64,000 nt of DNA from Candidatus Bathyarchaeota archaeon. GTDB lineage: Archaea; Thermoproteota; Bathyarchaeia; Bathyarchaeales; Bathycorpusculaceae. The first letter of the stretch is position 1. Each line of letters opens with the position of its first letter. Shown piece after piece: positions 20,101 to 29,824 of the stretch. The position numbers were made by a program, and so were the translations under genes. A model generated the notes under the pieces. The model had not been told where the DNA came from and did not search any database. It saw nothing but the letters and a program-made list of their open reading frames with translations. The stretch spans positions 256,001 to 320,000 of the forward strand of contig CAWGYA010000002.1 in NCBI GenBank assembly GCA_963826715.1, in the 5' to 3' direction.

Positions 20101-20200
20101 AAAAAACTACAAGCGCGGTACCTAACAGAATCAGCAGGAGCGGACCAAGCTCAATTAAGCGTTTTTTAGCTTTAACTCTATCCAGCAAGGCAGCCTCCAT
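17174..20200 (-). CDS. tandem double GT-C glycosyltransferase (PMT/ArnT, GT39-like), 1008 aa
   Basis: two repeats: WDTK...DEPPLGY...LIDAQ...LTKF and WDEVVH...FYPPLF...LLET...LTKY...WRYVLP. Confidence 0.85.
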   Translation of the reverse strand: MEAALLDRVKAKKRLIELGPLLLILLGTALVVFSMGPYQTWDTKLEFEAASNVAKIGIPYVSGFGTVIDEPPLGYYLEGLLFRAFGVSMDVGVVLVTLFGLASVATIYFLGRELYGKSSGFFAAVLLGLNPWHLVLSRSFLIDAQCLFFSLLSLYVGVLAIRKGSIKFALAAGMVFAAAFLTKFYAFFVLIPLLLLYLPSKPKGTGRVAAQLAAFSLPTLLFSLMWYQVFLGRSLLSLFVHNDFSNTVPASTGVAISPFFVANFMVNYGLGMYVIVAVAFSLAAGFSLRKYFSKTSIIDFACLVTVLAVLGVNTYLGAVLNLNIPYIGAVKYDYQALPFFALLAASLSVKSSLLFVTAKSALRRRRLLLTLAALAAVVLLAASLASSIYSTCAVSRRDYLQYRVEPNVDYGYAFSTRTPLTLSNPLMTVQLLGFGALLLGLIYAFRHRVWVFALWLKGFISQAARMVNTPAAENMTAPSTPTPTSSRLKAAFTQWRVAFLIFAIAYAAVLILSTTHYPLDWDEVVHLNGAVALQAGHFTSFVNSAFYPPLFDCLTVFSFYAFGVSLFSARLVSVMFAFLSLWVVFELTQKMFDSKTALLAAVLLAVMPGFFWLSRLALLETMLLFFLTLSLLLFYLWLQNKQDRYMVLAGLSVGLGILTKYQMVVAVVVMAVSLLFLARGLLKRAFLRFTLLVVTAVLVVVPWIVVAYQVYASTFLTQWLYALQVGNPEKLAYSSRFPAPIFYFIDMVWPYDAFHPISIALYALGLAGLVFLALRHRKADKFVLVWFACVYVFFTLITNKEWRYVLPLFPTLAIAASALIMFLYGKVGAWNGKRALNRARLRKAAAGALVVLVAGAAAYSVYETYAVVSYFDVQIPIESATVYAMDRMDNNQSIMVLSPFNFFSQDMVRFYLAENGNSQIQIYQYPTLPVDTYTPTFNITELLWMCKQNHVKYLFAYENGGTTPYYNTTLNLQEIFKEIYASGDFSQITEQATFGANPRRIFALTFLD

Positions 20201-20315
20201 TCAGCGATAGCAATCCACAAACCCAAGCAGCTTTGCGGCAAATTAAAATTTGTGCATCACCCCCTTGCAATGACGACAGTTAGAAACGCCTAAATCATCC
20301 GCATCCTGTTATTTT

Positions 20316-21365
20316 ATGATTTATATGCCCTACAACGAGTTACGGAAAGATTACCTTCTCAATCGCTGGGTTGTCATTGCGACCGATCGGGCGCGTCGAC
20401 CCATTGACCTTTCCAAGCCACGTCCACAAGCTACCAAATCCACCTCATGCCCAATGTGTGTAGGCAACGAGCATCTCACACCGCCAGCTGTAATGCTCTA
20501 CCGAAATCAAAAGGGCGTTATAGTAAGCAGCCAGGATCCAATAGAAAGCGAGCGCCCTAAGGATTGGCTAGTCCGCGTGATTCCCAATCTTTTCCCCGCC
20601 TTCACCCCGCCCAAGAAGCTCCAAGATACAAGAAATAATTTTTCCAGTCCTGAGTTCGGTTATGCGATTGGAAATCATGAAGTTGTGGTTGAATCACCAG
20701 ATCATAGCGAAGAGCCCGCCAAAGCCAGCCTTCCCCAGCTTAAACTTATTATTAATGCTTACATCGACCGCTTCAAAGATTTAAGTGCAAAAAATTATGT
20801 TCGTTATGTCTCGATTTTCCGTAACTATGGTTTGGCTGCGGGAGCTTCAATGACACACGCACACAGCCAAATCATAGCAACACCTATGTTGCCCCCAAAC
20901 TTAGCAGAGGAGCAACAAAATGCTGAAGCCTACCACAAAATGCACGGAGAATGCGTCTTCTGCGACATTATCAAGCGAGAAACCAAGGGTCCACGCTTCA
21001 TCTGGGAAAATACGGATTTTGTGGTTTTTGCTCCGTATGCTAGTTTCAACCCGATGGAGTTCTGGATATTCCCCAAACGCCATAGCCCAAACATTGCCGA
21101 TCTCTCCGTAGCTGAAGTCAAAGCATTCGCAGAAACCCTTAAACTAAGCCTTGCAGCCCTAAAAGACATCGTCAATGACCCCCCTTACAATTATGGCATC
21201 CACCAAACCATAACAGGTGATTATCATTGGCACCTTGAGGTTTATCCAAAACTAGCAACGTGGGCGGGGTTTGAAAAAAGCACTGGTGTTTATATCAATA
21301 CTGTCACACCAGAAGCCACCGCAGAAGCTCTAAATAAAGCAATTAAGTCTAAAGCTTTATTTTAG
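20316..21365 (+). CDS. galT: galactose-1-phosphate uridylyltransferase
   Basis: ELRKD...RARRP, CPMC, PNLFP, GASMTHAHSQ, YHWHLE. Confidence 0.93.
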   Translation: MIYMPYNELRKDYLLNRWVVIATDRARRPIDLSKPRPQATKSTSCPMCVGNEHLTPPAVMLYRNQKGVIVSSQDPIESERPKDWLVRVIPNLFPAFTPPKKLQDTRNNFSSPEFGYAIGNHEVVVESPDHSEEPAKASLPQLKLIINAYIDRFKDLSAKNYVRYVSIFRNYGLAAGASMTHAHSQIIATPMLPPNLAEEQQNAEAYHKMHGECVFCDIIKRETKGPRFIWENTDFVVFAPYASFNPMEFWIFPKRHSPNIADLSVAEVKAFAETLKLSLAALKDIVNDPPYNYGIHQTITGDYHWHLEVYPKLATWAGFEKSTGVYINTVTPEATAEALNKAIKSKALF

Positions 21366-23409
21366 GTTTAAGCATCAAGACATCTTCTACATAAGCCCTC
21401 AGCGGCTCGGCAATACTCCATGCCTGGGCTATGCAACCACGAGGAGTGTTAGGCGCTTCGCAATCATATATCTCGTTTAAGGTACCTAAGCCACCTTGAT
21501 GAATACCCATAGTAAAGAGAGGTAAAATTAATTTTTCTATGGCATACTTTCGTGCCTCTGCGGTGTTATCATTAACTTTAATGTATGCGGTCACGTAAGG
21601 ACCCAATAACCATGGCCAAATAGTACCGTTGTGATAAGCGGTATCACGACTGCGTCGGTCGCCAATACATTTACCTACAAACTTCGGATCATCCAAGGAA
21701 AGTGTCCGTAGACCATATGGAGTTACCAGTTCCTGGTTGACGACTTTGACTATGCGGCGACTATCGTCAACGTTTAACATGCTGTGGTCGAGAGAAACCG
21801 CGAAGATTTGGTTGGGGCGCATTGAAGCATCTGAACCATCAGGGGATAAAACGTCGTAGAGGCATCCAAGTGTTGGGTTCCAAAAGTTTTCAGTGAAGCT
21901 GCTTTTTGTTCGCTCTGCGATGTCATCATACTTATCCGCTAATGAATCGTCACCAAATCTGCCGGCAAGCATCTCCATAGTTCGCAAGGCGTTGTACCAA
22001 AGCGCCTGAATCTCTACTGCTTTACCTGCTCGGGGTGTTATCATATCCCCGTCCACTACGGCATCCATCCATGTAAGACGCGGTCCATGCATCAACAAAC
22101 CATCTTCGTCTAGCCTGATTCCATATGCGGTACCGCGTTCATGAAAATCAATTATTTCCCGCATTTTCTCCCAAAGCACAGATCGGACAAAACTAAAGTC
22201 CCCACTATATTTAAGGTACTGCAACACAGCGTTGACAAACCAAAGTGTACCGTCCACAGTGTTGTAGATTGGAATCCCTGTCTTGTCAGCAACCAAGTTC
22301 GGAATCATGCCGTCTTTTAGGTAACCAATGAAATGCACGAGAATATCCTTGGCTTCACCAAATCTACCCGTGACTAGGGATAAACCTGGTAATGAGATGA
22401 AGGTATCTCTACCCCAAGGCTCAAACCATGGATACCCAGCGATTACGGCTTTTCCACCCGTGGCATCTTGAACCATAAACGAATCGGCAGCAAGCAGTAT
22501 CCAGTTTAGCCAGTCACTCATTGGCACTATAGGATGACTTTTATAAAAAGCTGCAAGCAAGTCCTCTTTGCTTTTCCTCTCAATCACAAAAGAGGTATCA
22601 ACCTGTGAGGTGGTTACACCTATAGAATCCAAAATTGACTTAGCTTGAGTTCCATCATTGCTGATTGTACATGTAACCGCAAAATTCAGCTCGCTGCCCG
22701 ACGCAACCCGCACCTCAAAACATCCCGGCTGGAAACAATCATCAAGGTCCGATTCGCCCCTCAAAGTTTCATCTCGATAATGAAGCTTTTCAACCCAGTT
22801 TACCCGCTCAACAAATCTGCCTTCGGTTATGCGGCACATCAAAGTTAAATTCGACTGGAGAAAAATTGTTTGGAAACTGTCGCTGCCACTTTCCTGTGTG
22901 AAATTCAGCGGGTCACGCGATCGGTCAATCACGGTGTGGTAGTAGCGACAAGTAAGAAGGGGATATAACCTGATTTTTGCGTCATTGGTATTGTTGTTTT
23001 TGACATTGTAGATGACTACAGCGGCGTTTTTGTTTCTTGGCAAAAAAATGGTGCGTTTCAAAGACACCTCGGCCGCAAAGTAGGTAAAGTTGGGGTAGGG
23101 ATCAAGTGAGAACTCTTCAAGTACCTTGTAGCCTTCGGGATAAATGACGCCGTGGAATTCATTGGATCCCAACCGAAAAATGTCATCGCCTATAATGATA
23201 TCTTCGTCGAGTTTAGCTAGGCAAACGGTACGGTCACCTGGAGGATTAAGAGCGGCCACCAGCAGCCCATGATATTTTCTGGTGTTTATCGCTGGCACAC
23301 TCGAGGAGCCATAACTACCCAATCCGTTGGTTATCAGCCACTCCTGCAAGATAACCTCGTTAAAGCGCTTAAGAGAATCTTTAGGTAAAGTTAAGGTAGG
23401 TAAATTCAT
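21349..23409 (-). CDS. glycogen debranching enzyme (amylo-alpha-1,6-glucosidase)
   Basis: EWLITNGLG, TRKYHGLL, AGYPWF.PWGRDTFISLPG, TWMDA, YHNGTIWPWL, GCIAQAWS. Confidence 0.92.
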   Translation of the reverse strand: MNLPTLTLPKDSLKRFNEVILQEWLITNGLGSYGSSSVPAINTRKYHGLLVAALNPPGDRTVCLAKLDEDIIIGDDIFRLGSNEFHGVIYPEGYKVLEEFSLDPYPNFTYFAAEVSLKRTIFLPRNKNAAVVIYNVKNNNTNDAKIRLYPLLTCRYYHTVIDRSRDPLNFTQESGSDSFQTIFLQSNLTLMCRITEGRFVERVNWVEKLHYRDETLRGESDLDDCFQPGCFEVRVASGSELNFAVTCTISNDGTQAKSILDSIGVTTSQVDTSFVIERKSKEDLLAAFYKSHPIVPMSDWLNWILLAADSFMVQDATGGKAVIAGYPWFEPWGRDTFISLPGLSLVTGRFGEAKDILVHFIGYLKDGMIPNLVADKTGIPIYNTVDGTLWFVNAVLQYLKYSGDFSFVRSVLWEKMREIIDFHERGTAYGIRLDEDGLLMHGPRLTWMDAVVDGDMITPRAGKAVEIQALWYNALRTMEMLAGRFGDDSLADKYDDIAERTKSSFTENFWNPTLGCLYDVLSPDGSDASMRPNQIFAVSLDHSMLNVDDSRRIVKVVNQELVTPYGLRTLSLDDPKFVGKCIGDRRSRDTAYHNGTIWPWLLGPYVTAYIKVNDNTAEARKYAIEKLILPLFTMGIHQGGLGTLNEIYDCEAPNTPRGCIAQAWSIAEPLRAYVEDVLMLKPKIKL

Positions 23410-23412
23410 GAT

Positions 23413-24294
23413 TTAAGGCATCAACTTAGCTACATTTTTGTCCCGGGGCACACAGAAATAATTCGCCACTGGAACACATTTAGTCCTAAACATCAGTAAG
23501 TGGGGCTTAGTTAATTTATATTCTGTAAGGGTTTCAGCATACCCCATGCCTTTTGCAAACACAAGCTCAGCTTCGTCATAAACTTTGAGGAACTCTTCAG
23601 AGGCTTCTTTTCTCTGCAACCCTACGGCATCACAACCTGTGGTTATAACTTCGTCAGCGAGTTTGTCCATGTTGCTGATTTCTGCGTCTTCCATCGTGGC
23701 GTCATTGATCACAGGTCCACCTTTAACGACATAGGTGACTTTTAGTCCCATGTTCTTGAGCTGCTCGACTAATAACGTATCGAAAACTATTTCGCCTGCA
23801 TTATCCGCTAAATACAAAACACTCCAAGCCTTCTTGGCCAACTCATAAGCCTTATCGATGTCATCGATAACAAGATCTTTAGAGGCTTCCCGAATAACTG
23901 TAGCTAAATTCTTTAGGGTAAACTTGTGCCCAGGAATATCAAACTCCATAATGTTTCCCACAATGGCGCAAAGACATGCTTTTTTGAAGCGTTCCTGCTG
24001 GGTGTAACCTGACGCCACAGTTTTTTTAGCATGTGACAGCATCTTGAGAGCTGTTTTGTTAGCAATCTTCTTGTTGTATAGATAGGGGTCATCACACCCA
24101 GTTAGTTTGCGAATAATGCGATCACGTTTGGTCCCGATTTCCGCCGCGTTTGAGGTCGGCTTAAATTCGCGATTAAGAAGCTTCGTTATTTCGGCTAGGC
24201 AACGAAAGCGTAGTGCGGGATTTGTAGTAGCCTGGTATGTTTGGATTTGTGCCCTAGAAAGCAGGCATGATTCGCATTCAGCTTCAACCTTCAA
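23413..24294 (-). CDS. DUF89/ARMT1-like damage-control phosphatase
   Basis: ECESC, GNIMEF, DNAGEIVFD, INDAT, AKGMGYAE. Confidence 0.88.
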   Translation of the reverse strand: MKVEAECESCLLSRAQIQTYQATTNPALRFRCLAEITKLLNREFKPTSNAAEIGTKRDRIIRKLTGCDDPYLYNKKIANKTALKMLSHAKKTVASGYTQQERFKKACLCAIVGNIMEFDIPGHKFTLKNLATVIREASKDLVIDDIDKAYELAKKAWSVLYLADNAGEIVFDTLLVEQLKNMGLKVTYVVKGGPVINDATMEDAEISNMDKLADEVITTGCDAVGLQRKEASEEFLKVYDEAELVFAKGMGYAETLTEYKLTKPHLLMFRTKCVPVANYFCVPRDKNVAKLMP

Positions 24295-24312
24295 ACAAAT
24301 TCACGCAGATTA

Positions 24313-25093
<781 letters not shown>

Positions 25094-25283
25094 AGGATTT
25101 CCTGTTCTTCATAGAAGAAAGTCTGCTTAGCCACTCATGATTTTTGATTTAAATCCAAGGGGAGTAATTCACCTAATAATATCATTTTGGTACCAAATTA
25201 ATTCCCAGGAGAACTTTTTAATAACAGGTCATATCAAGAAATTTATTACAGGCTTTTTGTTTAAGATTTAGAAGGTTATAGAT

Positions 25284-25451
25284 GTGAATGGCCCTCAATT
25301 ACCAATAACACCCAAGGTGTGTGACAACATTGCGTCTCCATGTTCAAGATGTGATAATGCAGGAGAAGAAGGCCCAGAAATTCCCTTGCTCTGCGAAAAA
25401 TGTGAAAAATTCAAGGCATGGGAAGAAAAAGAGTGCTCAACAGAAAAGTAG
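25284..25451 (+). CDS. Zn-finger micro-protein, 55 aa
   Basis: GTG start; PCSRC...LCEKC. Confidence 0.55.
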   Translation: MNGPQLPITPKVCDNIASPCSRCDNAGEEGPEIPLLCEKCEKFKAWEEKECSTEK

Positions 25452-25755
25452 TGAGCTTAAGACATAATTCGCTTTTCCCACTCCTATAGGTAAAGCTTTT
25501 CAAAGCTTTCCGTTGAATGTTTCATTTACTCCTCATCAACAGAACAAAAACAAAAGCGGCTTATCATTTTTAAAAATATTTTAAAAATCCATAACTCTTC
25601 GTCGTAAGTATACTCCAGTTCTGGAAAAGGCTACTAATTCAAGGAGATAATTTAATTGAGGCTTCTGTTGCAGTTCCACTTTTCTATGTTTTCTAAAGCC
25701 ACAATAATAATAAGCAAAACAACCATATAATAAGTATCTTAGGCTTCTGTTAAAA

Positions 25756-28338
25756 ATGAATAGTTTGAATATTTCCAAAGAAAATATTCCAATTCATATA
25801 CTACATATTGACGATGACCAGTCAATTCAAGAGATAACAAAACTTATGCTACTTGAGCTCAACGATGGACTTGAGATTAATTGGGCTTCTTGTGTGGATG
25901 ACGCCTTCAAGAAACTGGTAGTTGGCAATTATGATGTTGTTGTTTGTGATTATGAGATGCCTCAAAAAGACGGTTTACAGCTCCTGAAATTACTCCGTCA
26001 ACAAAACAATAAAATCCCATTCATCCTATTCACTGGCAAAGGAAGAGAAGAAATAGCGATAAAAGCCCTAAACTTAGGTGCCGACGGATACATAAACAAA
26101 CAAGGCAACTCCGAAACAGTCTATAGAGAACTACTGCATGGAATAACCAGTGCAGTTGAACGTAAAAGAGCCATTGATGGTCTTGTTTGCTCTGAAGATA
26201 AATTCCGAGCTTATGTGGAGAATTCTCCTGTGGCTTTCTTTGTGACTAATTCTGAAGGTAAATATGTCGATGTGAACGATGCTGCCTGTAACTTGCTGAG
26301 TTACTCCAAAAATGAGCTATTAAAATTAAGTATTGTAGACATTCTTTATAAAAAAGACATACCTCTTGGTCTAAAACAGTTTACTTTACTTAAAGAAACG
26401 GGCAAGATTCTTTTTGAGGTGGTATTACAGAAAAAAAATGGAGAGCCTGTCGACGTTATTTTGAATGCTACAAAGCTCCCTGACGGGAGCTTGATAGCTT
26501 TTTGCGAAAACATAACCGAACTTAAAAAAAATAGCGCATTACTTGAAAAAAACCAAGCAGAGCTTAAAGCAATTGTTTATAATGCACCTGTTGGAATTGC
26601 GACATCGAATTCAAATATGCGTTTTAAAAGTGCAAATGAGGCATTCTGCAGAATAGTTGGTTATTCAGAGGATGAATTACAAAAACTTTCTTTTAAAAAC
26701 ATAACCTACCCCGAGGATCTCGAAGATAGTAATAAAGAAATGGAAAAACTCAGATATGGAAATATCCCCTTTTTTCATCAAGAGAAAAGGTATGTTCGAA
26801 AAGACGGCGGTATTATTGATGGAAAAGTCATAGTAAGTGCAATACGAGACAGCGAAAGTAAACTAGTTCTTTTTGTAGCTGAATTAGAAGACATCACTCA
26901 ACAAAAGCAAGCTGAGATAAAAATGAGAGAATCATTTGAGGTTCTTGAGCGTGTGGGGGAGGGTATTGATGCTGGGTTAGCGGTTATTGGCAAAGATTAC
27001 AGAGTGGTTTGGGCTAATAATCGTCTGATGGATTTAGGTGTTACACCAAACAAAAAATGCTATGAAACCTTTAACAATTTAGGTAAAGTTTGTCCTGATT
27101 GTGGAGCGGAGAAAATTTTCAAACAGAACGTATCACTTGATATTCATGAATACAAAACAGTGAACTCCAAAGGTGAAACTGTTTGGGTTGAGTTAAGGGT
27201 AACACCACTCAAAGACAGAAGTGGAAACGTCACAGCAGCATTAGAACTAGCAATACCCATAACAGAACGAAAAAAAACTGAAGAAAAACTAATTCAAAGT
27301 GATATAATTTTACAAAATAGCTCTGATTCGATTATTGTAACTGATTTGAAGGGGAAAATTATTTCGTTGAATAAGGGTGCTGAGAAAATTTTCGGATATA
27401 TTCCTCAGGATATTATCGGTGAAAATATTACTAAGATTTTAAAACCTGATGAGAAAACAGATGTTGCTCCAAATCAGCTTGAGAAAATTTGTAAGGGCAA
27501 GGATTTTGCACAACTATGGCAAGGAATAAGAAAAGACGGCTCCGATGTATGGCTGATGTTAACCACTAAGCGTCTATTTAATGAAAAAGACGAGCCTGTG
27601 GGAATGGTTGGTTTTGGCAAAGACATAACTGAGTATAAGAAAAGCCAGGACGAACTGAGAATAAGTCATGATAAATTAGGAATCGTTAATGAAAAACTGG
27701 AGGTTGTGGGGAGCTTAACTAGGCATGATGTCAACAACAAGCTTATGACGGCTAGGGCTAATCTGCATTTGCTTAGAAAGAAAATAGGAAATAAGTTGGA
27801 ATACGCAAAATATCTCAATGGAGTTGATTCTGCTATTGATGCTTCAGTTAAGATTTTTGAATTCAGTCGCTTATATGAAAAAATAGGTTCAGAAAATCTT
27901 TCATCCGAGAATGTTTACAGTTGTTTTAATCAGGCTGTATCTATTTTTCCAAGTTTGTCTTTTGTAAAGACAGTTAATGAATGTGAGGGACTTATGGTTG
28001 TTGCCGATTCTCTTTTGAAACAACTCTTCTATAATCTTATCGACAATTCTTTGAAGCATGGTGAAAAAGTGACTGAAATACGCCTCCACTTCGAGAAAGA
28101 GGGAGAGGTTGTTAAGATGTTTTATGAAGATGATGGAGTTGGTATCCCTGAAGCTATTAAAACGAAACTTTTCGAAGCGGGTTTCACAACAGGAAAAGGC
28201 AGCGGTTTTGGATTGTATTTGGTTAAGAAGATGATGGATGTTTACGGCTGGACAATATCTGAAGAAGGAAAACCATGCAAAGGAGCAAAATTCATAATAA
28301 CGATTCCTAAGAGATCCCAAGAAAACTCGCGTAATTAA
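25756..28338 (+). CDS. hybrid sensor histidine kinase (REC-PAS x4-HATPase)
   Basis: HIDDD, CDYEMP; four PAS repeats; TRHDVNN, NLIDNSLKHG, EDDGVG, GSGFGL. Confidence 0.92.
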   Translation: MNSLNISKENIPIHILHIDDDQSIQEITKLMLLELNDGLEINWASCVDDAFKKLVVGNYDVVVCDYEMPQKDGLQLLKLLRQQNNKIPFILFTGKGREEIAIKALNLGADGYINKQGNSETVYRELLHGITSAVERKRAIDGLVCSEDKFRAYVENSPVAFFVTNSEGKYVDVNDAACNLLSYSKNELLKLSIVDILYKKDIPLGLKQFTLLKETGKILFEVVLQKKNGEPVDVILNATKLPDGSLIAFCENITELKKNSALLEKNQAELKAIVYNAPVGIATSNSNMRFKSANEAFCRIVGYSEDELQKLSFKNITYPEDLEDSNKEMEKLRYGNIPFFHQEKRYVRKDGGIIDGKVIVSAIRDSESKLVLFVAELEDITQQKQAEIKMRESFEVLERVGEGIDAGLAVIGKDYRVVWANNRLMDLGVTPNKKCYETFNNLGKVCPDCGAEKIFKQNVSLDIHEYKTVNSKGETVWVELRVTPLKDRSGNVTAALELAIPITERKKTEEKLIQSDIILQNSSDSIIVTDLKGKIISLNKGAEKIFGYIPQDIIGENITKILKPDEKTDVAPNQLEKICKGKDFAQLWQGIRKDGSDVWLMLTTKRLFNEKDEPVGMVGFGKDITEYKKSQDELRISHDKLGIVNEKLEVVGSLTRHDVNNKLMTARANLHLLRKKIGNKLEYAKYLNGVDSAIDASVKIFEFSRLYEKIGSENLSSENVYSCFNQAVSIFPSLSFVKTVNECEGLMVVADSLLKQLFYNLIDNSLKHGEKVTEIRLHFEKEGEVVKMFYEDDGVGIPEAIKTKLFEAGFTTGKGSGFGLYLVKKMMDVYGWTISEEGKPCKGAKFIITIPKRSQENSRN

Positions 28339-28569
28339 TAAGACGAATTAAACCTCACAAATACAGAGGGCTAATTTTCACGTTAAGATTAGCAAAGCAA
28401 ATTTAATTCTGAATTGGAAGAATCCCATAAAAATTATTACAGTTCCTTTAACTTTGGTAATTAACGATTTAAAAGCTAATCCGAAGTGGAATTTGAACCA
28501 TTTATACGATGGAACCAAATCCTGCATCCAATTTGAAATCTTTCATATCTCACAAATGCATTATTTGGC

Positions 28570-28908
28570 TTATCCAGATTCTCTTCTCGTGGCTTTACAT
28601 TTTGTGCATCTAAAAAAGGTAATTGTTGAATGGATAGTTTAGTCTGCCGCTTCGACAGTCCAAGTTTCGCTTTCGGTGTTTCCGCATGTTTCACAGACCA
28701 CACGAATGGTCGGAAGCTGTTTAGCTGTGCCTCTTTTTTTTGGTCTATGACAACGATTTCAGCGATTTTCATAGGATTCATACTTACTTTTTTGGTTAAT
28801 TCTTTATGCTCTACTATTTTTTGGTATTTACATTTTAGACATCTAATTGTTGGGGAGCCTTTTTTTGGCCGTTTGAAGTACCGATCCACATCTTGGGCAG
28901 AAATCCAT
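28570..28908 (-). pseudogene. transcription factor S (TFS/RpoM) paralog, pseudogene
   Basis: Reconstructed MDFCPRCGSVL...RCLKC...QLPTIRVVCETCGN...VEAAD*TIHSTITFFRCTKC over two frameshifts and one nonsense codon. Confidence 0.8.
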
Positions 28909-29129
28909 TGTTTGGTCACCTGAGGGGGAGGCTTTCTAACTAAATGATTTATGCTTTGCGACTTTTGCGATACAAATTATTTAGTTAATGTTTCATTTGG
29001 CAAAATTGAACCCAAGGACAGATTAAAAGTAATTACAGCGAATGTTGAAGTCATCTAAGGTTTCAAAAAATAGAAAACTCTAAGTATTAACATTTAACCT
29101 ACCAAAACACTTACCCTATAAGAACATCA

Positions 29130-29300
29130 TCATGGGATTTCTGTCATATTGTCTCGCAGAGCCAACCAGCGTTTAAACTCTAAACCAGTGCATTTGCCTT
29201 TCCCTATCCAGTTTTCGCCATACTTATTTCTAAGCTTCTCATTGTAAGACTCAAAAGTTTCGGATTCATTTACTTCTATGCTTTCCTTTTTCTTCACCAA
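29130..29300 (-). CDS. hypothetical micro-protein, 56 aa
   Basis: TTG start with GGAG upstream; MVKKKESIEVNESETFESYNEKLRNKYGENW... Confidence 0.45.
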   Translation of the reverse strand: MVKKKESIEVNESETFESYNEKLRNKYGENWIGKGKCTGLEFKRWLALRDNMTEIP

Positions 29301-29536
29301 TTTTTAACTCCAATTTTAACTAATTCATATCTTGCTCTAAGTAAAGTATAACTATCAACATTGAAAAACATATTTCAGCAATTCAAAACAAATCATGCAA
29401 AACCTGAAAATATCACATTCAGATTTTTCCATTAGCCCAAGAATCGATTATCCTCAACGCTTACCATGACCGCTCTAAATGATCAGCAACTACTACTTTG
29501 TCATCGGTTATCTTTGTAGAGTAAAAAAATGAGCCC

Positions 29537-29695
29537 TTATTCGCCTCGGGTATCATTTCTATTACATTCTGCCTTTGGCCGATATTCTCTTTTCTTTGTT
29601 CGTTGCTTATGGTGTTTTTCGCATTCTTTTACTCGAACGAGCATCCACTCGTTTTCTTCGTAAACACATCCGCATAGCAAAGTTTTAGCAACCAT
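29537..29695 (-). CDS. Cys/His micro-protein (CGC...EC..HH...YRPKAEC family), copy 2
   Basis: MVAKTLLCGCVYEENEWMLVRVKECEKHHKQRTKKREYRPKAEC; paralog of 9907..10068. Confidence 0.7.
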   Translation of the reverse strand: MVAKTLLCGCVYEENEWMLVRVKECEKHHKQRTKKREYRPKAECNRNDTRGE

Positions 29696-29824
29696 TGAAT
29701 AAAACCACCATTCAAGTGCCCTGATTAAACAGAGTATTGGTTATTTATGAGAATATTGATTTTGTAAACCGCTTGTAGGAATTGAAAAAGCTGTGGACTC
29801 CAAGAAAAGGTATTATTAACTCGC

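Noticed and set aside
28476-28919. 147-aa hypothetical ORF
   Set aside because: Only its middle is real coding sequence; it is a chimeric frame of the TFS pseudogene
29452-29508. Minus-strand C/D-like pattern
   Set aside because: Only one canonical box; the others are too degenerate
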